Origin: the human T2T-CHM13v2.0 reference genome, Homo sapiens
Length of the DNA: 64,000 bases
Direction: 5' to 3' (one strand)
NCBI RefSeq assembly: GCF_009914755.1
Contig: NC_060928.1
Part shown: positions 37,283-53,880 of the stretch, piece after piece
Numbering within the stretch: position 1 is the stretch's first letter
Layout: every line of letters begins with the position of its first letter
The notes under the pieces: model-generated
Seen by the model: the letters and a program-made list of their open reading frames with translations, nothing else
Databases searched by the model: none
Told to the model about the DNA's origin: nothing
Made by a program: the position numbers and the translations under genes

Positions 37283-37528
37283 TTCTTTCTTTTTTTTTTA
37301 TTATACTTTAAGTTCTAGGGTACATGTGCACAACATGCAGGTTTGTTACATATGTATACATGTGCCATGTTGGTGTGCTGCACCTATTAACTCGTCATTT
37401 ACATTAGGTATATCTCCTAATGCTATCTGTCCACACTTCTCCCTCCCCCCACCCTCCCCCCTCACACCACCCCACGACAGGCCCTGGTGGGTGATGTTCC
37501 CCTTCCTGTGTCCAAGTGTTCTCATTGT

Positions 37529-41351
<3,823 letters not shown>

Positions 41352-41414
41352 TATGATGTTAGCTGGTTATTTTGCTCGTTAGTTGATGCAGTTTCTTCCT
41401 AGCCTCGATGGTCT

Positions 41415-42430
41415 TTACAATTTGGCATGTTTTTGCGGTGGCTGGTATCGGTTGTTCCTTTCCATGTTTAGTGCTTCCTTCAGGAGCTCTCTCAGGGCAG
41501 GCCTGGTAGTGACAAAATCTCTCAGCATTTGTTTGTCTGTAAAGGATTTTATTTCTCCTTCACTTATGAAGCTTAGTTTGGCTGGATATGAAATTTGGGT
41601 TGAAAGTTCTTTTCTTTAAGAATATTGTGTATTGGCCCCCACTCTCTTCTGGCTTGTAGAGTTTCTGCCAAGAGATCAGCTGTTAGTCTGATGGGCTTCC
41701 CTTTGTGGGTAACCTGACCTTTCTCTCTGGCTGCTGTGAACATTTTTTCCTTCATTTCAAGTTTGGTGAATCTGACAATTATGTGTCTTGGAGTTCCTCT
41801 TCTCCAGGAGTATCTGTGTGGTGTTCTCTCTATTTCCTGAATTTGAATGTTGGCCTTCCTTGCTAGGTTGAGGAAATCCTCCTGGATGATGTCCTGAAGA
41901 GTGTTTTCCCGCTTGTTTCCATTCTCCCCATCACTTTCAGGTACACCAATCAGATGTAGATTTGGTCTTTTCACATAGTCCCATATTTCTTGGAAGTTTT
42001 GTTCATTTCTTTTTACTCTTTTTTCTCTAAAGTTCTCTTCTCTCTTCATTTCATTCATTTGACCTTCCATCACTGATACCCTTTCTTCCAGTTGATCAAA
42101 TCGGTTACTGAAGCTTGTGTTTTCATCATGTAGTTCTCATGCCATGGTTTTCAGCTCCATCAGGTCATATAAGGACTTCTCTACACTGGTTATTCTAGTT
42201 AGCCATTGGTCTAATCTTTTTTCAAGGTTTTTATCTTCCTTGCGATGGGTTCAAACTGTCTCCTTTAGCTCAGAGAAGTTTGATCATCTGTAGCCTTCTT
42301 CTCTCAACTCATCAAAGTCATTCTGTGTCCAGCTTTGTTCCATTGCTGGCAAGGAGCTGTGTTCCTTTGGAGCGGGAGAGGTGCTCTGATTTTTAGAATT
42401 TTCAGCTCTTCTGCTCTGTTTTTTCCCCAT
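41415..42430 (-). pseudogene. L1 ORF1p relic
   Basis: MGKKQSRRAENSKNQ start; QEIWDYVKRPNL, AREKGQVTHKGKPIRLTADL; internal stop and frameshift. Confidence 0.94.
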
Positions 42431-43432
42431 CTTTGTGGCTTTATCTACCTTTGGTCTTTGATGATGGTGATGTACAGATGGGGTTTTGGTGTGGATATCC
42501 TTTTTGTTCATTAGTTTTCCTTCTAATAGTCAAGACCCTCAGCTGCAGGTCTGTTGGAGTTTGCTGGAGGTCAACTCTAGACCCTGTTTGCCTGGGTATC
42601 AGCAGCAGAGGCTGCTGAACAGCAATTGTTGCTGCCTGATTGTTATTCTGGAAGCTTCATCTCAGAGGGGTACCCAGCCATGTGAGGTGTCAGTCTGCCC
42701 GTACTGTGGGGTGCCTCCCAGTTAGGCTACTCGGGCATCAGGGACCCACTTGAGGAGGCAGTCTGTCCATTCTCAGGTCTCAAACTCCATGCTGGGAGAA
42801 CCACTACCCTCTTCAAAGCTGTCAGACAGGGACATTTAAATCTTCAGAGGTCTCTGCTGCCTTTTGTTGGGCTATGCCCTGCCCCCAGAGGTGGAGTCTA
42901 CAGAGGCAGACAGACCTCCTTGAGCAGAGGTGGGCTCCACCCAATTCAATCTTCCTGGCTGCTTTGTTACCTACTCAAGCGTCAGCAATGGCGGGCACCC
43001 CTCCCCCAGCCTTGCTGCCACCTTGCAGTTAGATCTCAGACTGCTGTGCTAGCAATGAGTGAGGCTCTGTAGGTGTGGGACCCTCTGAGCCAGGCATGGA
43101 ATATAATCTCCTGGTGTGCCATTTGCTCCCTTGGAAAAGCACAGTATTAGGGGGGAAGTGACCCGATTTTCTAGGTGTTGTCTGTCATGGCTTCCCTTGG
43201 CTAGGAAAGAGAATTCCTTGACCCTTGCGCTTCCTGGGTGAGGTGATGCCTCACCCTGCTTCGGCTCTCGCTCGGTGGGCTGCACCCACTGTCCTGTACA
43301 CACTATCTGACATGCCCCAATGAGATGAACCTGGTACCTCAGTTGGAAATGCAGAAATCACTCGTCTTCTGCATTGCTCATGCTGGGAGCTGTAGACTGG
43401 AGCTGTCCCTATTTGGCCATCTTGGAACCACC
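42431..43432 (-). promoter_or_regulatory. L1 5' UTR (sense promoter pointing left, antisense promoter pointing right), CpG-decayed
   Basis: YY1 motif at the 5' end; ORF0 ATG at 42988 with early TAG at 43030-43032; activity not inferable from sequence. Confidence 0.6.
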
Positions 43433-43510
43433 CCTGTGTTCTCTGTTGGTTTCCATTTGCATGGAATATCTTTTTCTTCTATCTCTTCAGTCTATGTGTG
43501 TGTGGGTTGT

Positions 43511-43644
43511 GTTTTGTTTTGTTTTTTTAGAGACAAGGTCTCACTGTATTTCCCAGGCTGATCTCAAATTCCTGAGCTCAAGTGACCCTCCCACCTCACC
43601 CTCTGAAAGTGCTGGGATTACAGGTATGAGACACTGTGACCAGC
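43511..43644 (-). mobile_element. FLAM_C-like Alu monomer
   Basis: Single left arm 'agagacaaggtctcactgtatttcccaggctg...ctgagctcaagtgaccctccc...aaagtgctgggattacagg'. Confidence 0.88.
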
Positions 43645-45429
43645 AATAAAAGTTTAATTGTTAAGGAAAAAAAAAATAATTCCTGGATCCAGAACACTGC
43701 ACTTCCCTTGGAAAAGAATAAGGAGCCCTCTGAAGCTTGAGATGATGGCATGAAGAAATAATATTTTTGAATGTTTTTCTTGAAGAAAAAAAAAGTGAAC
43801 TGTCTGATCTACCTAATAAAACCCAAAGAATCAGAGTATTATTCATGTTTGCTTTTTCAAGTCCTCATATTTAATCAATTAATTTTAAAGGTCAATAAAA
43901 TCATGACTATACACAGGAAACAGATAAAAATAAAGTTAATGTGAGCCAAGGCACATCAAGTTAAGTCTGGTGAAAACAAGGGAATATTTAAAGAAAAATG
44001 TTTAGTTTTGCAAAATATGTTCCTTTTGACAAGTATTTATAGTTCATATATGAATGAGTCTAAATCACTGATCACACCAGCAATAAAACAGGTTCAAATT
44101 TCTGGTTGTCATCTATTCATATGAATCAAAGTTCATATATTTTAAATGGTCTTCCCTCCCACCCATCTAAGGGGAGATAAGTGGGTGAGATAAAATGAAT
44201 TTTATAAGAAAGGGATTTGAAGGTCTCTTGAGACATACTAGAATGCATATGACTGCTAGTATAATAAAGTCCCATCTTCAGTTATAACAAAGCAAAAAGA
44301 GATTGGAGTGGGTGCAAAGAGCAGAGCGGGAAAGGGGCTGCAAGACCACAAGTTAAGATTTGTTTCTTGGCTTCATTTTTGCTAAGTGTCTAAGCCAACT
44401 TTTCTCTACTAGTTGGTGGTTGTTTCCATTCATTTGTGCCTTTACCAGTTGGGGACTGCCTCCTGCTGGCAAGATGTCTTCCAACACTTAGAGTATCAAA
44501 AGGAGTCCTGTGGAGTGACCCAGGTTTTGGTTTGTTGTTGTTGTTGTTTCCTAAGTAAAAACAATTGAACTGATCCTAGTAGCAGTTGCATAAACATGCT
44601 GGAAATGTGGGTGCAAACTAACTTATTTAATGTGGGTTTATTCTTAAAGATAATAGACAATGTACATTTTTCAACTCTTTTTCTCCCAAGATGCAAACTT
44701 TTTTTGCAGGTGAATTTCTTGAAAACACATTAGCTCTAAATAAAAGGTCAGATGAGTTCCTTTAATTTGAAGCTTCAGAAAGTTTCTATACAGTGGTTAA
44801 TTCTGTAGCACTTTAACTTGCTTAGGGAGAGATTTTGACTGATGGCTATCTACCATTTTCTTTCATTGGTTGATTCCTTTGACCCTTGAAAGCAACAGCT
44901 TTAGAAGCAACTCATAATAACTCTTTAGATTGTGGGAGGTCGTAGTCTATAGATCTTGTGTTTTATGTGTTTGAATGTGCAGGAACAGGGAATCATTTTT
45001 TGATTCCAAGACTCTCATTCTTACCAAATTAAAAGGAATATCTTCAAATAGAAATGAAGCATTTTTTGGTCTTTTATAGTGGGCTAAGAGGCTTTATGTT
45101 AGCCCTAGCTTCCTGTTTGTCCTTTGTGAATAATTTCAGAAGTTGGGTGGTAAAATCTTTAAGCAACAGAAGTTTAGGGAATCTATTCACCTAAGAACTT
45201 TGAAGTTTTATGAATGAGTGTGTGGAAAAGGAAAATTCTTTATTATTAGCCATTGTGATGGCAGACATTTCCTAGATTTCCTTCACTGGTAAGACTGTTA
45301 TCTTACATCTATTTATAATGTCTAGAGAATAATGTTCCTTGAAGGAGTAGAGTAGAATGTAGTTTAGTTGTTGGTGTTCTTGTCCCATTTTATTCATTTA
45401 GCTAATAATTATTGGCCATTCTCTGAGTC

Positions 45430-45786
45430 CCATGCACTTTCCAGGCTACTTTGTTTCTTTATGCTTCTATATGGCCTGTTATGTCTCTTCTTTGCCTTTC
45501 TAGCCCCTGCTCATTCCACAAATGCAATTTAAGCATCACTTTCTCAAGGGACCCTCCTGTGACTCTTTCTATGTGAGTCGCATAGCCTTTCCTAGGCTTC
45601 CCTTGAGCTCCATGCATCCCTCCAACACAGTTCTATATCAAAATTGTTGATTTCTTTGTAGCTGTACCCCCAAATCCCAATAGGCTGTAAGATTTTTGAG
45701 GCAGGATCTGTGTTACATTCAGGTTTTTGCCTCAGCACTTGACAGCATGTCTGGCACATGGTAGAAGCCCAGTGAGAATGAATGAA
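45430..45786 (+). mobile_element. L2 LINE 3' end
   Basis: 'taggctgtaagatttttgaggcaggatctgtgtt...cagcatgtctggcacatggtag...gaatgaatgaa'. Confidence 0.7.
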
Positions 45787-45916
45787 AGCATGTGTTCTGC
45801 CTTCCCCACCCTTGGGTAAGTCTAAAGAAAGATGAATTACATTTGAGATTTTATTGTATAATTAAATTACACTGTCAAAATAATTTTTAAAGCTGAAAGG
45901 AAATTCAGAGATCAGC

Positions 45917-46015
45917 TACAGGAAATTGAGGCCTAGTGAGGTGAAGAGAGTTGACTAGGGTCATGCAGCTGCTTAGTGGCAAACTGGGATCGAAGCCCAG
46001 ATCTCCTGCTGGCCA
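45917..46015 (-). mobile_element. MIR core
   Basis: 'ggaaattgaggcctagtgaggtgaag...gggtcatgcagct..ttagtggcaaactgggatcgaagcccag'. Confidence 0.7.
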
Positions 46016-46739
46016 GCCCTAGCCCAAATATGGAGAAGCTTAGCTGCTATTTCCTCTTAAAAATATTTTGAAATCCAGGCAAAAAGACTTAGCAATCTAA
46101 AAATGCCAATAAGGAGATAGCAAATTAAAACTGTTACAGAATGAATCTAACAACAATTATTCAAGGCTCTCTGGGAATGCCAAGAGGAGCCGTCTGAGGT
46201 GGGCTCAGGGCTGATTTCTTCCAAAGGGGCCATTGGTTTTCTAACTAGTGTTTGCTGTTTTAACTTTGACAAAGGTGGGTGTCCACACACCTCAAATTTA
46301 GCATAAGTTCAAAAAAAGCTAATCAATGTGTTTATATCCCTAAGTTTATCAAACAAGTGATCTGAAATGTTTCTCACTTTTAATGTTCACCAATGATGGA
46401 TGTAAATAGATTATTTTTGCTTCCTGCTTTGTGAGATCAGAAATCAATTGAGCCTTTTTCTAAAACAGGTCACATGAAGAATAAAAATCTGATTTTTGGA
46501 TGTGCTTCGAGCTAGAAATTGACTAAGTAATGGCTAAGCATAGGGAAGATCTTGTGAGTTTAGTAAAAGTGTGGCAAACTGGTATCAGTGATCTAGAATT
46601 CACCTGTACATTTGATTGGTTTGGCCAGCTCAGTGTTTTGAAATTTCAGAAATTGTTAACATTTAAAAATAAGGAGATTTTACATCTAAATTTCTGCCTT
46701 CTCTTAGGTGAGAAAATTCAGTACGTTAGATTTACTTTC

Positions 46740-46948
46740 ACATTAGTTTCCTACGGCTTCCCTAACAAATTAACATAAAATTTGTGGCTTCAAACAACAG
46801 GAATCTATTCTGTCACAACTCTGGAGGCCAGAAGTCTAAAATCAAGGTGTTGGCAGGTCTGTGCTCACTCTGAAGGTTCTATGAGAGAATACTTTGCCAA
46901 TCCCAGCTTCTAGTGGTTGCAGGCTTTCCTTGGCTTGTGCGTGCATAA
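46740..46948 (-). mobile_element. MLT1B/C LTR fragment
   Basis: 'ttagtttcct...gtggcttcaaacaacaggaatctattctgtcacaactctggaggccagaagtctaaaatcaaggtgttggcagg'. Confidence 0.8.
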
Positions 46949-47698
46949 GCAGGGTATTATAACTTCTGTGGTATTAAATCCTAAAGTACTAATAGCATTT
47001 CAACTATTAAATCTGATTTTCATGAATTTGAATTATTTTTTTTCTAAATTTGAAGGGCATCCTAAACTTAAAAAAAGTTTACATGTATAAGAATACTATA
47101 ATTTTGGATTTGATAATAAAATAAGGATAGAAATAAAATATATCTAATATATAATTTTTTTTTTCACTAAAGAGCTAAATACATGTTTAAGGTCAATCAA
47201 AAATGAAGCCAGCAGGTTTGGTGTCTGGTAAGTGCCCTGTCATTTTTTGGAGATGGCAGGAATCAGGCATTCTTTTAAGACACCATGATATTAAAAATGA
47301 CTATATGTGCCTGGTCAGATTACAGGTGGCTTCCTTCTTATTTTTATTTTTGGGTAAATTAAATAATTTATTAACCATAAAGTATATTATTTTTATAATC
47401 AAAAGTGAAAAGTTCTTTAAAAATTTGGAAGAATCTACCATTACATTCCAGATACTAATTTTGCACCCTTTAGTCCTCAATTTGTCCAATATTTTCAATT
47501 GCTTGAGAAAGCAAGATTTATTGCCATAAAACACAGCTTTTCAAATAGGCATGAGAAATGAACAGTGAGTTACTAAACATGCAGTCATGCCAGAAGTCAC
47601 TAGGCCATATTATTCATCACAGTCTGACACCATGTTGTTTCTTTTAGAATGGATTTTTGAGTGAAGACAGACATGCTATCGTTGCATGTGTTGGAATA

Positions 47699-48127
47699 CA
47701 GTTGATCCTTGAATGATAAGGGTGTTAGGGGTACTGACAGTCAAAAATCCATGTATAACTTTTGACTCTCCAAAAACTAAACTATCTGTAGTCTACTGTT
47801 GACCAGAAGCCTTACCAACAACATAAATATTTGATTAGCACATAATTTGTGTGTTATATGTATTAAATACTATATTCTTACAATACAGTAAGCTAGAGAA
47901 AGGAAAATGTTATTAAAATCATAAGGAAGAGAAAATATATTTACTCTTCATTAAGTGGAAGTGGATCATCATAAAGGTCTTCATCCCCCTCATCTTTACA
48001 TGGAGTACGCTAAAGGGGAAGAGAAAGAATAAGCATTGGTTTTGCTGTCTTCGGTGGCAAAGGTGAAAGAAAATTCACATATAAGTGGATACACACAGTT
48101 GAAACAATGTTGTTCAAGGATCAACTG
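47699..48127. mobile_element. Tigger2a non-autonomous DNA transposon
   Basis: Perfect 15-bp TIRs cagttgatccttgaa / ttcaaggatcaactg; TA at the left end; 'aagctagagaaaggaaaatgttattaa' body. Confidence 0.9.
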
Positions 48128-48609
48128 AATTTGCTATGAATAAATCTAGGAGATCCTGTGAGTTAGAAATTCAGTTACTCAAAAACTTCTACAGAAAATG
48201 ACTGTTGTTAGAAGTAAACTGAAAAGGACGCTTAGTATTTTTGTTTAATCTCATTTTTGAGTGATCCTAAACATGCTTTTAGTTCTTGAGTGAAAAAAAC
48301 ATTATATATATATATATATAAGATATATTTTACCTCTTGAGATAACTATTTATATTTTATTTTAAAACCTAAATTTTTATTTATCTTGTATATTTGAACT
48401 TCTTAAAATTTAGGGTGCCCTTACAAATTTAGAAAAACACATAGAATCAGTTCAAATTCATGAAAATCAAATTTTTAATTTTTGAAATGCTATTATTACT
48501 TTAGGATTTAATACCATCAAAGTTAATAATAGTGTGCTTAAAAGAATACCAGATTTAATAAACTGATAAAAAATAACTTGTCAATGACATTTTATGCCTT
48601 TACATAGAT

Positions 48610-49008
48610 TGTCTTTGTTTTGTGTGGCTATAACAGAATACCCGAGACTGTGTAATTTGTAAGGAACAGAAATTTATTTCTCAGAGTTCTAGAGGCTCAG
48701 GAGTCCAAGATCAAGGTGACAGGAAGTTTGGTATCTAGTAAGGGCCAGTCTCTGCTTCCAAGATAGCACCTTTAATGCTCCCTCTCTGGTAGGGAGGGGA
48801 GAACACTGCTCCTAACATAGCAGAGGAGCAGAAGAGCAAGAGAGAGCCCACTCCTACAAGCCCTTTTTTTGTAGTGACATTAATTCACTCAGGAGAACAG
48901 AGCCCTCATGACTTAAAGACTTCCCAAAAGGTCCCCACCTCCAACACCACTATGCTGGACATGAAGTTTTCAATGCATGAATTTGGGGGATACATTTATA
49001 CCATAGCA
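48610..49008 (-). mobile_element. MST-family (MSTC-like) solo LTR
   Basis: 'gctataacagaatacccgagactg...gagtccaagatcaagg...ccatagca'; 5-bp TSD tagat/tggat. Confidence 0.82.
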
Positions 49009-49299
49009 TGGATCATGCTATAATGACCTTGAAAATGCTTAGAGACAGTGTTAGAGTAAATTAAAACATCCTACCTTGTTTGCATTATTAATTTGCTTAG
49101 GAAAAAATAGTACAAAATTTTCATATGACTAAAGTGCTGGCATGGACTTGACAGGTAAGAAAATATCACCACTTAATAGCTGAAATACATACCTAGAAGT
49201 TAAGTATTCTGACCAGGCTCACACAGTTAATGGATAGCAGATCTGTTACTAGAATGGAATGCTAGTACCATTTCATTTTAGGAAAAGTAAAAAGAAAAA

Positions 49300-49450
49300 T
49301 AAACATTTATTAAGCATTTATTATGTACTCTTGCATGTTTTCTCACAAATCTTTTGAGTGAAAACCAAGACTTAGGAAGACAAAGTATCTTGCCCAAGGT
49401 CACATAGCTGACTAGTGTTGGAACTATGATCCAAAATCAGGACTGTCTCA
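49300..49450 (-). mobile_element. MIR
   Basis: 'cttgcccaaggtcacatagctgactagtg' core. Confidence 0.65.
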
Positions 49451-51369
49451 ATAGTAAAATTTAAGAGATTACTAAGTGGAGAAGAGATACACTTCCTGAA
49501 TGGTGAAGTAGGGACTTCCAAAAATCTATTTCTCAAAAAAAGCAACAAAAAAAATTGCAAAAATTATCAAAATTAACTTTTGCAGAACTCTGGAAATTAA
49601 ACAAAGCTTAAGCTATCTGAGGAGTGTTTATTTAAGAAAAATAGTTGAATCTTGTTAAGAACAGAAAGATTTGTGGCATTTTAACTAGCCTTATTTTCCT
49701 TCCCCCATCCCCAACTTCACAGTAGCCTTGAAGGTAAGCAGCTTTGCAAGCACAGTAACTTTGAAAGCCAGCAGCCTAGTGGTCCCTGGAGAGGGCAGAT
49801 GGCTCTGGAACTTCCCCAGTGCCCATGTCCAGAGATTTATTATGATTTGACTTGTCTGACAGCTCCTTGAAAACCCCATTCATAGAGCTTGTTTTATTTA
49901 ACCTGACACATATCTTGCTTAGTAGGAAAAGCCATTCCCTTTTCCCAGGATGTTTGTTGAAAATAATCAGTGGCAATTGCTTAGCATCACAGTTGTTGGA
50001 GGCAATGGTACCAGATGGGTGCCTCAAAAAGGAAAATCTGAAGAATGAGAGGTCAATAGGGGACTTTGAAAATCTTCAACATTTTCCTGGGAGTCTAGAA
50101 GGCCATGCACATGTGCATGCCCAGGAAAGATCTGAGATGGCCCTACTCTCTTGCCTCTGACTGACCTCAAGACTCTGTATAAACAAGCAGTGAAGATGAA
50201 GGAAGAATTGTAAACTGCCAAAGTGTTGACATCATACTGCAATATACACACAGAATCCCTCAGAAAAGGGTGGAAAATTTGTTGATTCAAGTCATTTAGG
50301 AAAATCTCTGTCAAATCATTAGCTGACCACTAAGCTAATCAAGAAGGTACTTCTGTGACTGCAAATAAAAAACAATATAGATTTTACATAATTAGTCAGC
50401 AAAGTGACTAAACAAACAGCAGCAACAACAAACTCTGGGGAGAGGGGAGAATCTTATTTCTGGGATCACCACATTATTATTTAAAATATCCAATTTCCAA
50501 TAAAAATTATGAGACACACAAAGAAATAGGAAAGTATGACACACACACAGGAGAAAAGAAGAAGATAGAAGCTATCCCTGAGGAAGCCCAAATATAGAAC
50601 TGACTAGACAAGGACTATAAATCAGCCATTACAAATATGTGCAAAGAATTGAAGGAAACAGTGTCTAAAAAGTTAAAAGAAAGTATGAATGCAATGTATT
50701 ACCAAATACAAATATCAATAGAGTAATGGAAATTATTAAAAAGAACCAAATAGAAATTCTGTAATTGAAAAGTTTAATAACTGAAATAGTAAAAAAAAAA
50801 TTGACTAGAGGAGCTCAACAGCATATTTAAGCTGGCAGAAAATAAATCAGTGAACTTGAAGATAAGTCAATTGAGATAATCCAATGTGAGAAATAGAATT
50901 AAAAAAATAGTAAAAGAACAGAACCTCAGAGAACTGAGAGATATCATCTAGCATACCAGCATATGCATAATGAGAATCCCAGAAGGAGAGGAAAGAAAGA
51001 CAGAGGCTGAAAGAATATTTAAATGAATCAGGCAAAAAAATTCCCAAATTTGATGGAAAACGTTTATCTACACATCCAGGAAGCCCAATGGACTCCATGT
51101 AGGAAAATTTCCAAAAGACCTACACTTAGAAACATCACAGTCAAACTATTCAAGCCAAAAAAAAAGGGAGAGGGATCTGGACAGCAGCAAGAGGAAAGTG
51201 ACTCATCACAGACAAGGTGTCCCCAATAAGGTTGGCAGCTAATATCTCATCAAAAACCACAGAGGCCAGAAAGCAGTGGGATGAAGTATTCAAAGTGTAA
51301 AAGAAAAAAAAAAGAGCCAAGAATTCTCCATCCAGCAAAACTATGCTATAAAAATGAAGGAAAGGAATA

Positions 51370-53880
51370 GCGAGTTTTGAGGAGCATTTGGCAGTTTTTT
51401 TTAATGAAGATAAACAAAGTCTTAGCATACAATTAAGCCTCATGCTTCTTGGTATTTACTCAACTGGTTTGAGAGTTTACATCTACACAAAAACCTGCAT
51501 GTGAATGTTTATAGCAACTTTATGTATAATAGCCCCAAACTGGAAGCAACCATGATATCCTTCAATAGGTGAATGGATAAACAAAACTGTAATACATCCA
51601 TATAATGGAATATTCAGTGATAAAAATAAATGAGTTAGAAACCATAAAAAGACATGGATAAACCCTAATGCATATTGCTAAGTTAAGGAAGTAAGTCTGA
51701 AAAGGCTATATACTGTTATTCCAATTATATTACATTCTGGAATAAACAAAGCTTTTGAGACATTAACAGTTCAGTGGTTCCCAGGGATTCAAGAGGAGAA
51801 GAAGAGATGAGTAAGGGAAGCATAGTGGATTTTTAGGGCAATGAAACTATTTTGTATTATACTATAATGGAAGGATACATGACATTATGTAATTTCTTAA
51901 ACTCATAGAGCTTTATAGCACAAAGAGTAAACCTTAATGCATACAAATTTAAAAAGCATTTAGGAGATGGAAAATAAAAAGTATTACAAGGAAGAAACAG
52001 TGATTTTGACAAGATAATCTAACTATATTACAAGTGTATGAAACAATCTCAGAGAAAGGAGTGGAAGAAGAAGATGGTGACTAAGTAACTTTGGACCTGG
52101 GTAGAGTTTGTAAGACTAAGGGCAAAAGAAACTTAGCATGAGCATTGTACTGTAATTGATGAAGTTCTTTGCCACAGTGGTACAGGTTAATATGTACAGT
52201 ATACCTATGTGTATACTGGAATTGAACAGTTAAATGAATAGGTAGTGAATGGTTGGAGCTGGATTTCTCACTGTTGGAATGGGAATTTACCAACAAGCAA
52301 ATGGAAGAGGATAGAATGATTCATGTGTAATGGAATCAGCATCAGTGTGAACTCATGTTAATATGAATACGTGTATACACAAGGGTTAGAATACCACCAC
52401 GTATTTCCTTGCTTTCTTAGCTGAGAGGGCCTGGCAGCAACAACACCACAGGAGCAATGAGCACACCTAGCATCCAAGTCTTGATTTCTAGTACTATTCT
52501 CCAATAAATGGAACCAGGGCTCCTTGGATAAATAACTGGTTCTAGGAATGGAGCAGTTAAGTTACAAGAGTAGCATCTCAGTGCCAGGAAGTAAGGAGAT
52601 GCTGAAACAAAAACAAACTTACCTTTTTGGGATATCTCAAAAGGACAGGGGGGCCAATTGAAAGAGCTCAAATGGCCAAAGTGAAAACAATTTCCACAAG
52701 ATAAATAAAATAGTATTGGATTATGATATGGTTTCACTCTGTGTCCCCACCCAAATCTCACCTTGAATTATTATAATCTCCACGTGTCAAGGGTGTGGCC
52801 TGGTGGCCCCATGGAGGCAGTTTTCCCCATACTGTTCTTGCGGTAGTAAATAAGTCTCATGTGATCTAATGGTTTTATAAATGGGAGTTCCCCTGCACAC
52901 TCTTTCTTGCCTGCCACCATGTAAAACGTGACTTTGCTCCTCCTTTGCCTTCCTCCATGATTGTGAGGTCTTTCCGGCCATGTGGAACTGTGAGTCAATT
53001 AAACTTCTTTTCCTTTATAAATTACCCAGTCTCGGGTATGTTAAAGATGTAGCAGCATGAGAACAGACTAATACAGATTATAACCCAAAGTATAAGATAA
53101 ATTTCCATGAGTCCATAATCATATAAAGAAACAATTGAATAAATAAATAAATGAGGAAAAGGAAAAATTTCCCTTGCAGAAGAATTTTAAGTAATTTATG
53201 TGGATATTCTGCCGTCTTGGAGAGGGAGCATAGATCCCACTCCTGAAGGACTTTCTTCCAAATAGTATAGTATGAAACGGGTGGGGGAAGAGTAACTTTA
53301 TGGAAAAGTCTGCAAAACACTATGTTAGCCAGATGATCAAGGTCAATATCAACAGTGATAAGTCATGTTGATAGTGTGTACCCTTGATGTGATGTGATGA
53401 AAAGGGCACTTTACTTCTGTGGCCTTCCATCCAAAAATCCATTAGCCCAGTCCCATCATGAGACAATTTCCAATGGAGGGAAAAATAGAAAATAGCTTAC
53501 CAGTAATTTGAAAACCTGTCAAGGCCATAAAAAACAAGGAAAGTCTGAGCCAAGGAGAGTTGACCCAAAGCTTCTTTAGGACTGAGCCACAGTCATAGCC
53601 AAGAGGAACTGAAGGAGGCATGACAATAAAATGTACTGTGATGTCCTGGATGGGATCCTGGTACAGGAAAAGGACATTAGAGAAAAACTAAGTAAATCTG
53701 AATAAATGATGCATTTTAGTTAATAATGTATCAATACTGGTTTATTTATTGTAACAAATGTCCCATGCTAATGTGAGATGTCAGTAATAGGGAAACTGTC
53801 TGGGGCACATGGGAACTCGCTGTACTATCTTAATTTTTTTGTAAATGTGAAACTTTTTTAAAAGGCAATTTAAAAAAAAA
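51370..53880 (+). mobile_element. L1MC3-like long 3' UTR nested in the ORF1 relic
   Basis: 'agctgagagggcct...gagcacacctagc...attctccaataaatggaaccagggctccttgga', 'tcctggatgggatcctgg.acaggaaaaggacatta'; ends in an A-tract. Confidence 0.75.
52724..53075 (+). mobile_element. THE1B solo LTR
   Basis: TGATATGG...gactaataca termini; perfect 5-bp TSD gatta (52719-52723 / 53076-53080). Confidence 0.93.

Noticed and set aside
42988-43032. ORF0 of the L1PA5 copy
   Set aside because: Premature TAG after 14 codons (MAGTPPPALLPPCS*)
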